From Lingula anatina (lineage: Eukaryota; Animalia; Brachiopoda): 64,000 bases of DNA. The notes beneath the pieces are model-generated. The model did no database searches and had not been told where the DNA came from. It was given only the letters and a program-made list of their open reading frames with translations. The stretch covers positions 33,486,401 to 33,550,400 of the forward strand of contig CM120641.1 in the NCBI GenBank assembly GCA_051362555.1, read 5' to 3'. Below, one piece after another: positions 55,082 through 64,000 of this stretch; position 1 is the first letter of the stretch; the number at the start of each line of letters is the position of its first letter. The translations under genes and the position numbers were made by a program.

Positions 55082-55187
55082 TGCACCATTTAAACTTTTT
55101 TGGGAATATATTATTTTTCAAGATGTAACCATGGATGTCAGCCAGGTTCAGTTGCAAGAGGACCCCGAGTGGAGAGGAGAGGCCTAA
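50865..55187 (+). CDS. MOV10: MOV10/Armitage-family (UPF1-like SF1) RNA helicase, C-terminal part only (motif II to C-terminus), 6 exons, ~373 aa
   Basis: Exons: 50865-51076, 51925-52388, 53184-53360, 54110-54198, 54706-54821, 55123-55187; GT-AG and in frame. Motifs [57 protein letters not shown] and a MOV10-like tail [10 protein letters not shown]. No Walker A or other 5' exons were found in the window. Confidence 0.9.
52980..53147. mobile_element. MITE family A, copy 2
   Basis: TIRs CAGGCGTGTAGCCAG...CTGGTTACGGGCCTG; homologous to 2677..2844. Confidence 0.8.
53399..53570. mobile_element. MITE family B, copy 2 (reverse orientation)
   Basis: CTGGGGTAGAGTTAACAC...GCTAGTGCCACCTCAG; reverse-complement homologue of 29019..29192. 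Confidence 0.8.
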
Positions 55188-57137
55188 TTTTAACTCTGTA
55201 TTCTCAACTGTATTCTCAACTCAGATTCTTCTGTGATCAAGAGGAAATGCAAGATCTTTTACTGGGGGACCCTGAATTTGAAAATCAAAATATTATGACG
55301 AATAAGACATGGAGGCTAGAGAAACTGATATAATATAATATTGTTGACCACGATATAAAGCTGCCTCATGTATATTAAACTATGACATCTACCTGTAAAC
55401 GCAGACTTATCAAACCTTGCAAGTTCATCTTTTTTTCTGGAGAATGGTACATTCAAGTGACATGACGTTTATTATGAAACAATTGAGGATATTACTTACT
55501 TAAGCCATATTTTATGGTGCTTGAAACTGTGGGCATTTTTTGTCACTTGATTTTAGAGAGATTTTGATAGATATCATGTAGTCAGATTAGGTACAACTCT
55601 GTTAAAAAAACTTGTGAATCACTAATTGTATGAAAATAATCAAAATTGGGGTTTGAATAATGCTTCAATAATTGTCTTAATCATTTTGACTTGAGCCTAT
55701 TTTATCTGTGAATATCAAATTTTAATATTTTTAATAATATTTTATCAGTGTATTTCAGATATGCTTTATGAAAAAGTTTTAAATTCACAGGAGTATTTTT
55801 ATAATAAGAAGTCAGTTTTAGAAATCAAATTGATTCTATACTAGTGAAAATGAAAAATTCCAGAGTATATTTTTAACCAATGTTTTCTGTAATGTATCAT
55901 ACAGTGTGACTGTGTTTGTTCTCACCCTATGGGGAGGCAGAGCCTTCAAACTAACTATTCCTTGCACTTGCTTTACTAAATGTTTGAAGTTGGTTTGTAG
56001 TCTAAAATCTGAGCCTATAAAGACTTAGCTGGCTAAGTTGCACTTCACAGTTGTAAGAATCTTACAGATAGCCTAGGCCAGAAATAACTGATAAGTTGCA
56101 ATGACTCACTGTAAAAAAGGTTGGTAGATTGCATGAATCTATTTGTGGTCTAAATTTTGACTTTTATGCATATGTTTAATGAGAATAGCATCCAAAGGTT
56201 AAGGTTGGGCTTTCACTACACCAATCCCCTATTCCCCTTTTTTCACTTACAAAATGGCAAAAATAAAAATAGGTGCAAGAAAAGTTCTGATTTAATCAAA
56301 ACTAGAGTATTGTTCGCTCATTAACCAAGTTATCAATTTTGCCTCATTTTTTCCAGTCTTTTTACTTTCTTTTCACTTTCCTTTGATTAACATTTTGATT
56401 GTCTTGGCAAGTCTTTTACTTGCAGTGGTGTCAGTAGCCCATTTATGTATATTCTACTCATCAACTGTGGACCAATCATTCTTAAAAAATTGTAGTTGTA
56501 AGACAATATTGCAAAGTTGACTTTGTATAGTTGGCTATCCAGATTTAGCAGTCTAAGCTTAATTTTTTTGTGAAACGGCTCCCTTTTTTCAATGAGCCAG
56601 TATACAGTACCTAATCAGTATTGAATATACATATTTTATCTTTATCAGCACAATAAGAATCTTGCCATCTACTTTGAATTTTCATTGTTATTAACATTTT
56701 AGAATTGTTATAGAATTAAGCTAATTATGTTATCAGTAAGAACAAGATGTTATTATAATGATACATTTATGTACAGTGCACTACTAAATTATGAGGAGAA
56801 ATTTTTAATACTTTTTGGGATGGAGGAAACACAATTAATGAGGTTTTGGGGATTATCTTAATTTTGTGCAAAATTGGGCAACAGACAATGGTTATTTATG
56901 TACTGAAAATATATCAATAAAGCAAAAAAGAATGATAGTGCTAAGCTTTGTGGTGGAACCAAAATTTTAAGAAACAGATTTTGTGGGGTTGCAAAATATC
57001 GTGTGTATCACGTCTATAGACCTAGCAGTATAAAAAGCCTTATAATTCTTGCAAGTGGTTTCTTCTAAGTAATTTGGACATTTAAGGTAAATTGAGGACA
57101 ACACCGCTTCACTAAGAAATGACGTAAAGTCACAAAC

Positions 57138-57409
57138 CAGGGCCGTAGCCTGAGCAAACTGCCAGGGGGGGCAGTAAGCGGACACGAGGGGGCGAAGCCA
57201 CTAAGGGGGGGGGGGGGGGGTCCCCCTCCCACAGTGTGGAAAATCTTTAAAAACTGTATGTATAATACTGCATTCTGATGCATTTTAACTGTTATTTATT
57301 GCTCAATCAGAAGTCAGAAATTGCGATTATTTTTTTTGCACCTCAAATCCCAGGGGGGGGGGGGGAGGGGGCAGCTGCCCCCCCTGCCCCCCCGGAGGCT
57401 ACGGCCCTG
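57138..57409. mobile_element. MITE with 13-bp TIR CAGGGCCGTAGCC and 5-bp TSD CAAAC
   Basis: CAGGGCCGTAGCC...GGCTACGGCCCTG is a perfect inverted pair, with CAAAC directly flanking both ends and poly-G/poly-C runs inside. Confidence 0.85.
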
Positions 57410-57817
57410 CAAACTACAACGAAGATGGACTGTGAATTATACAAAAGTAATGTCTGATCGGAGAGTGGGGGTGCATTCGAAACACATGACCTTTTGTCAC
57501 TCTTACGTAGTTTTTTTTAAATTACACATACACCATAATAATAACTTTAGCTAGAAGACACATTTTGTACGCCTAGTTCTAAGGACATAAGCCTACGGAT
57601 GTATCCAATATATATTAGATGGGGTTGGGTTTTTTTACCCCTCCTAAAATAAATTTTAAAACTCGGTCAGAACTTATAATTTGATATTAAATAACTTAAT
57701 TATAAATTTATAATTGTATATATATGCATTTAAAAAAGTCATCAAATCACGTTCCAAGACCTAAATATTTTCGTAATGTACGCCTTATGACACTTGATAA
57801 CGTTCACGTGATTCAGA

Positions 57818-58122
57818 TGAAGACAAAATGTGTCAAAAATATCTGAAATCGATATTGGGAAAGGGTTTAAGGGAATGATGTAAGGCACATGAGTAAACTG
57901 TGGTCACATAAAGAGATAATTCTAGTTTTTTATGTAATTATGCAAACATTTTCCGACTCATGCATGCCTCAAAGTATGGGAAGTTTAAATATTTCAAATA
58001 TCGAAGGCTTTAAAAATATCCTATGTGGATAATATTTACACGTTTTTAATACTAACAAAAATTATACTGCTTTAAATAGGTATTACGACATGCACGTTTA
58101 TTTTTGACACATTTTGTCTTCA
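57818..58122. repeat. Perfect 23-bp inverted repeat pair (probable DNA-transposon remnant)
   Basis: tgaagacaaaatgtgtcaaaaat (57818-57840) and atttttgacacattttgtcttca (58100-58122). Confidence 0.7.
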
Positions 58123-58654
58123 ACTTCGGTTGAATTTTTCACAGTGCCTGGTAATGAATGTTTGCTAATTGCTTTCTAAGAGAATGCAGTTTTTGCCGTT
58201 TAAAAAATTTGACTTTTCCCTGTCACCATTTCGTCTAGCTAATCGTGGATGTAACTGAATTATAGATTCTATCAATGGCTAAAATATTACAAAAAAAACA
58301 TCAAACAACTGAAAATAATGACCCGCGACAAAAGACGCCCCGAAAAGTTTCTTTTTTCAATTTTTAAAAACCGGGCGACACCTCGAAGGTGGCCGCATTA
58401 TTGCGTTATTCAAAAAATTCTAGTTATTTTCGGAGACGTTAAAACGTCAGATTTAGTTGCTAGGCTGATGTAAGTAAAGTTTCACTTGGACAAACAATTC
58501 TTACGTTTAGTAATATAAAAAAAGATAAATGGGCCTACACATATACTTGCATTATCTTTATAAAAAATCTTTTTCTGTTTCTGCTCAACTCATAACTCAT
58601 GTTACTGGTGTGGGAGTACTGATAACCCGACGCCATGAAGGGAGACGTCAGTTG

Positions 58655-58864
58655 TTAATTATTACCTAAATCAGTAGACGTTTTGAATATAGACATATAC
58701 ATTCACTCGTTTCTTCTGCCTTGCATTAGTAATATGATCCACTGCTGCTATCTTCCAGGCTATTAATTATTACCTAAATCAGTAGACGTTTTGAATATAA
58801 AAATATACATTCAGTCGTTTCTTCTGCCTGGCATAAGTAATATGATCCACTGCTTCTATCTTCC
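58655..58864. repeat. Two-copy tandem duplication, ~108-bp unit
   Basis: ttaattattacctaaatcagtagacgttttgaatata...tatgatccactgct.ctatcttcc occurs twice. Confidence 0.85.
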
Positions 58865-59781
58865 GGTTTTGTAAATCAATATAATTTGTTTTTTCATTTT
58901 TCAGAATAACAAGTCAGCTGTGTTTCAGAGTACTTGGGTGACTGAACATCCTAAGTCCAGTGTACTTCCAATTGTCTCTCTACAATTCACTACAATCAGA
59001 ACAACCATACTCCCTCAGGCTGCCTCAAAAATGCAGTCACCCTACGCCAAATTACATCATCCACATTTTGGATCAGTGTTCAAATACACGCACACTAAAG
59101 TAGCCTGCGAGAAGTTCACAGCTACCAGCTTAACGGACATCGTACCTATAAAAATTTTAGGGAGAAGGTATGTTGCTCAGAAATTTTCATCAAATTTGCC
59201 TGCACATTTCACAGACATTGCTTAGAACTTATTACTCTTATTATAAACAAACTGACAGGCAGAATAATCAAAATATAAAATATAAAAGAAAATGTATATG
59301 TTGATAAGATATCATTACCAACTTTGCGCATCACTATCAAAGGCCATCCCCTTTGAACAAGTTGACCATTGGTGACAACAAGAACGCCATCATGTGACTA
59401 TACGTCAACAAAGGTATAAAAGCGCAAAATTTGAAAAGTGCGTTCACTCAACAGCGGACAGATCTAGAGCAACAGGACGGATGCCATGTGCTGCGCCCTG
59501 TATCAAACACAAAGGACACGGGAGTCGACTCCCATTTCTCCGAATCTTCTACTCATCCTACGTCAACGCATCGCTCTTCGACATATTGTTCCCTGCACAC
59601 GCAGACGTCTAGACGGTGGATTCGGCGTTTCTCTTAGCTGGCCAGCTAAAATCTTCGCTTCTCCCCACGAGGAATCGTCGCTCGGTCATCTTCGCAGGAT
59701 ACTTCACCTTTTTGCTGTCGTGGGCTGGAGTCGTAGTGTCATTGCATATTCCCATGCTTTCCAGGTTTCTTTTTATTATAG

Positions 59782-61242
59782 GTCCAGGAAGCAGACTGCA
59801 AACTGGTGGGCGCCACCTGTGGGACTTCGACTACACTCCTTAAGGTATGTAATCTTTTTTTCTTTTTGGAAGGGGGGTTTGAGAAATGAAAGAAATCTAA
59901 TCTCGTTTTTATTTCTGTTTACAGGACATGGAAGATGATGGGCGCCACCTGTGGGACTTCGACTACACTCCTTAAGGTATGTAATTTTTTTCTTTTTGGA
60001 AGGGGAGTTTGAGAAATGAAAGAAATCTAATCTCGTTTTTATTTCTGTTTACAGGACATAGAAGATGATGGGCGCCACCTGTGGGACTTCGACTACACTC
60101 CTTAAGGTATGTAATCTTTTTTTCTTTTTGGAAGGGGAGTTTGAGAAGTGAAAGAAATCTAATCTCGTTTTTATTTCTGTTTACAGGACATAGAAGATGA
60201 TGGGCGCCACCTGTGGGACTTCGACTACACTCCTTAAGGTATGTAATCTTTTTTCTTTTTGGAAGGGGGGTTTGAGAAATGAAAGAAATCTAATCTCGTT
60301 TTTATTTCTGTTTACAGGACATGGAAGATGATGGGCGCCACCTGTGGGACTTCGACTACACTCCTTAAGGTATGTAATTTTTTTTTTCTTTTTGGAAGGG
60401 GAGTTTGAGAAGTGAAAGAAATCTAATCTCGTTTTTATTTCTGTTTACAGGACATAGAAGATGATGGGCGCCACCTGTGGGACTTCGACTACACTCCTTA
60501 AGGTATGTAATCTTTTTTTCTTTTTGGAAGGGGAGTTTGAGAAGTGAAAGAAATCTAATCTCGTTTTTATTTCTGTTTACAGGACATAGAAGATGATGGG
60601 CGCCACCTGTGGGACTTCGACTACACTCCTTAAGGTATGTAATCTTTTTTTCTTTTTGGAAGGGGAGTTTGAGAAGTGAAAGAAATCTAATCTCGTTTTT
60701 ATTTCTGTTTACAGGACATGGAAGATGATGGGCGCCACCTGTGGGACTTCGACTACACTCCTTAAGGTATGTAATCTTTTTTTCTTTTTGGAAGGGGGGT
60801 TTGAGAAATGAAAGAAATCTAATCTCGTTTTTATTTCTGTTTACAGGACATGGAAGATGATGGGCGCCACCTGTGGGACTTCGACTACACTCCTTAAGGT
60901 ATGTAATCTTTTTTTCTTTTTGGAAGGGGAGTTTGAGAAGTGAAAGAAATCTAATCTCGTTTTTATTTCTGTTTACAGGACATAGAAGATGATGGGCGCC
61001 ACCTGTGGGACTTCGACTACACTCCTTAAGGTATGTAATCTTTTTTTCTTTTTGGAAGGGGAGTTTGAGAAGTGAAAGAAATCTAATCTCGTTTTTATTT
61101 CTGTTTACAGGACATAGAAGATGATGGGCGCCACCTGTGGGACTTCGACTACACTCCTTAAGGTATGTCATCTTTTTTTTCTTTTTGGAAGGGGGGATTG
61201 AGAAATGAAAGAAATCTAATCTCGTTTTATTTCTGTTTACAG
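59782..61242 (+). repeat. Tandem array of 11 x ~132-bp units, each a 52-nt exon-like segment plus an ~80-nt consensus intron
   Basis: Unit: ...tttctgtttacag|GACATRGAAGATGATGGGCGCCACCTGTGGGACTTCGACTACACTCCTTAAG|gtatgt...tctaatc...(Y)n. Exons include 59925-59976 and 61111-61162; the first copy is a 63-nt variant at 59782-59844. Confidence 0.95.
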
Positions 61243-61303
61243 GACACAACTGCAAGGAGACACCCCACATCTACACTTAAGCTACTTCGACCATCCCTTG
61301 GAG

Positions 61304-61578
61304 CCAGCGAGTCCTGCCATGGTCTGTCTACGAGGTGGCTGCACTGATGAAGCGTCCAGCGAGTCTTGCCACGGTCTGTCTACGAAGTGGCTGCACTGGG
61401 GAAGCGTCCAGCGAGTCTTGCCATGGTCTGTCTACGAGGTGGCTGCACTGGGGGAGCGTCCAGCGAGTCCTGTCATGGTCTGGCTACGAGGTGGCTGCAC
61501 TGGGGAAGCGTCCAGCGAGTCCTGCCATGGTCTGTCTACGAGGTGGCTGCACTGGGGAAGCGTCCAGCGAGTCTTGTC
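61304..61578 (+). repeat. 52-bp GC-rich minisatellite, block 1 (~5 copies)
   Basis: Unit ccagcgagtcctgccatggtctgtctacgaggtggctgcactggggaagcgt. Confidence 0.92.
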
Positions 61579-61742
61579 ATATGGTGTTTCAATGAGATGG
61601 AAACCACTTAAAGGTAAGCCTGACTGCAGAGTGCTGACATAGTATGAAAAGTCATTAATTCATTTTTCTTTCTGTTGACAGAACACAACTGCAAGGAGAC
61701 GTCCCACATCTACACTTAAGCTACTTTGACCATTCCTTGGTG

Positions 61743-62122
61743 CCAGCGAGTCCTGCCATGGCCTGTCTCTTTGATGTGGCTGCACTGGGGAAGCGTCCAG
61801 CGAGACCTGTCATGGCCTGTCTACGAGGTGGCTGCATTAAGGAAGCGTCCGGCGAGTCGTGCCATTGTCTATCTGCGAGGTGGCTGCACTGGGGAAGCGT
61901 CCAGCGAGTCCTGCCATGGTCTATCTGCGAGGTGGCTGCACTGGGGAAGCGTCCAGCGAGTCCTGCCATGGTCCGTCTACGAGGTGGCTGCACTGGGGAA
62001 GCGTCCAGCGAGTCCTGCCATGGTCCGTCTACGAGGTGGCTGCACTGGGGAAGCGTCCAGCGAGGCCTGCCATGGTCCGTCTACGAGGTGGCTGCACTAG
62101 GAAGCGTCCAGCGAGTCCTGTC
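61743..62122 (+). repeat. 52-bp GC-rich minisatellite, block 2 (~7 copies)
   Basis: Same unit as block 1, inside a duplicated exon-like block that begins with acacaactgcaaggagac. Confidence 0.92.
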
Positions 62123-63574
62123 CAACGTTTCATGGCAACTGCAAGGAGAAGAGGGCCACGTGCACACTACCGATACAGCCCTCAATCCTTGGTGCCAGTG
62201 AGTCCTGCCACGGTCTGTTGAGGAGGCTGCATTGGAGAAAGGTCTGAAGCATATGGTGTTTCACTGAGGCGGAAAAACCTGCAAGGTAACCCGTGTTACT
62301 GGCGAGAACAATACACTAAAATTAATTTTTCAGCAGCAGTCTGTGCCATAAACTTTTCACCCTACTGGCCATTCAGTCCACCTTCTTTCCTAAAAACTAG
62401 ATATAGATGTCTGAATCTTGATTCACTGGTTCGAATACAAAGTTCAATAGGACTAGACTGGATTGCATTAATATTTGTATTAACAAGACCTTGACATTTT
62501 TCTCGAATCATGATGTAACAGTTACATTTAAAATAAATCAAAAGCTCTTTTTTCATACTTATAGAAAAAATCTAACAGCCATGTCACCAAATTGACACAT
62601 TCTGGAAATCTACCGATTCCAACAATTTTTCTGGCTGCAGACTGCTTTTGATATACAATTTTTGAAAACTAATCAAATTTTCCTTTCTATTTACAGAACT
62701 CAATTAGGGCAATTCCTGATAAAGTCCCGCTTTTTTGAAAGAGGTGCAAGAAGAGGGTCACATTCAATCCTTGGTGCATGGTTGAGTCCTGCCATGGTCT
62801 GTATGTTAGGGGGCTGCATGGGGGAGCATCAGAAGCATATGGTGTTTCACAGAGATGGAAACCCTTAAAAGGTACATACCACTCTTGTTTTTTGGGGAAA
62901 ACAAAACACTTAAGTGATTTTTCATACCTTGAAAAACTAAAGACCGTTAGCCACATTAATTTGACAGCTCAAATTCAGAAGGCAATGTCTTTTACCCATG
63001 ACCCACTCCTAGGATTAAGATATTTATGGTTAGTAGATTGGATTTGGGTGGGAGAAGTAAAGAGGGAAACTTTTGACTTATAATTTTTTTTTATTTTGTA
63101 GTTGAGGCAGATAGCATTGGCGAGCGCCTGTCCTGATGACGGTCCATTTTAACAAGGTTAACAAGGCTAAAATGGAGAAAGCCATGTCAGCTATATCATA
63201 TAGTGTTTCAAGAGCCCTTCAATAGTTGTGATTAGAGAGCATTCAAGGTAAGTTATGGGACAGGATAAGGGTAAATGAACTAGATTGTCATTCATTGTAT
63301 AGATAATACAGATCTTTTATCAGTGCAACTCCAACAAACTGAGCATTTTGTGCAAGGTCTTAGACAATTGTTTTAAGAATGTTTGGGACCTGTCACTCGG
63401 TGCAGGCCTTTGTTTTCCATTTACAATTTACTCTAGCAAATTCAGTGCTCATTTTTCATAGGTAAAAAGCTCTTTTAATTTGTCACAGATGTGGAAAAAC
63501 CTTATCATTCATACAAAATATTTTGACATGCCATTCGTCAACTTTCAGATCCTCAACAGTCTCAATATTCTGCA

Positions 63575-63760
63575 GGACGTTGTCAATGGTCCAGATTACT
63601 TGGAGCTACCGCCCCCACCACCCATCACCACCAATGTGACTCCAGGGCGTGGTTACTGGTCCAGATTACTTGGAGCTACCGCCCCCAACACCCACCACCA
63701 ATGTGACTCCGGGACGTTGTCACTGGTCCAGAAATTGTATACTAGCAACTACCACCCCCA
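63575..63760 (+). repeat. ~67-70-bp tandem repeat, ~2.5 copies
   Basis: ggtccagattacttggagctaccgccccca...caccaccaatgtgactcc.gg.cgt is repeated at 63588 and 63658, with a degenerate copy at 63725. Confidence 0.85.
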
Positions 63761-64000
63761 CCTCCAGTGCTGTGGTTGTGGTAATAAAAGGCCACCGTAG
63801 AAGTGAGTATTTATTTCCATCTCTCTATATTGTTCAGATTGTTAGGCATTTTCCTGGTTTATATGCCTCCCTTTACGCCTCTTGTTCTCCAGTCACTTTC
63901 TTTTTGTAGAATCTTGGCACTCTCCCAATCAATGTTTTTTGTGATGGTTCGTTGTAGCAGAAGGCTACCTTGGGCTGTAGTGTATTTTTCCCTCTTCGGG

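Larger units (their letters stand above)
59782..63802 (+). ncRNA. Putative multi-exon, repeat-built transcript (lncRNA or smORF host); probably continues past the window end
   Basis: After the 11 small exons, further AG/GT-bounded blocks occur at 61243-61613, 61682-62285, 62697-62871, 63102-63247 and 63549-63802, with another acceptor near 63909. The first three share homologous ends (atatggtgtttca..gag..ggaaa.c...aaag|gta). No long spliced ORF is evident. Confidence 0.5.

Noticed and set aside
17357-55187. 'RNA-defence island' formed by the PNP-domain gene, ENDOV and MOV10
   Set aside because: The genes are tens of kb apart and interleaved with unrelated genes. Animal gene order rarely implies shared function, and there is no evidence of co-regulation.
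59845-59924. snoRNA or mirtron hosted in the repeated 80-nt intron
   Set aside because: I see no C/D box pair (no CTGA D box), no H/ACA architecture and no convincing end-to-end hairpin.
59782-61242. CRISPR-like appearance of the regular array
   Set aside because: The intervening segments are near-identical rather than unique spacers, the context is eukaryotic, and there are no cas genes.
60365-61270. 301-aa minus-strand ORF with 44-aa repeats
   Set aside because: It is a by-product of the 132-bp (3x44) tandem unit. It breaks where the intronic T-run changes length, and the splice signals indicate the plus strand.

Overview
AT-rich, intron-rich animal genomic DNA, probably an invertebrate (a lophotrochozoan such as a mollusc is my inference). 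Hand-splicing gives five complete genes and one partial gene. (1) A 7-exon uncharacterised multi-pass membrane protein (-, 520..4453). (2) A 10-exon winged-helix + nucleoside-phosphorylase-domain protein (+, 7820..18084). (3) An SLC16/MCT transporter (-, 22227..28711). (4) Endonuclease V (+, 35425..40417). (5) A J-domain (DnaJ) whose four exons splice in frame into the TMEM11 coding exon (+, 45837..48972). (6) The C-terminal part only of a MOV10-type helicase (+, 50865..55187). The MOV10 fragment has no visible 5' exons, but its first exon has the same splice phase as the last J-domain exon. One J-domain 'head' could therefore be alternatively spliced onto either TMEM11 or a half-helicase. The last 5 kb hold a repeat-built spliced locus: 11 near-identical 132-bp units, each a small exon (52 nt in ten of them) plus a consensus ~80-nt intron, followed by larger exons made of a 52-nt minisatellite. 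Several MITE-like elements, a tRNA-like SINE head, a 257-bp foldback and minisatellites are also present. All gene models were derived by eye, with no transcript or database evidence.
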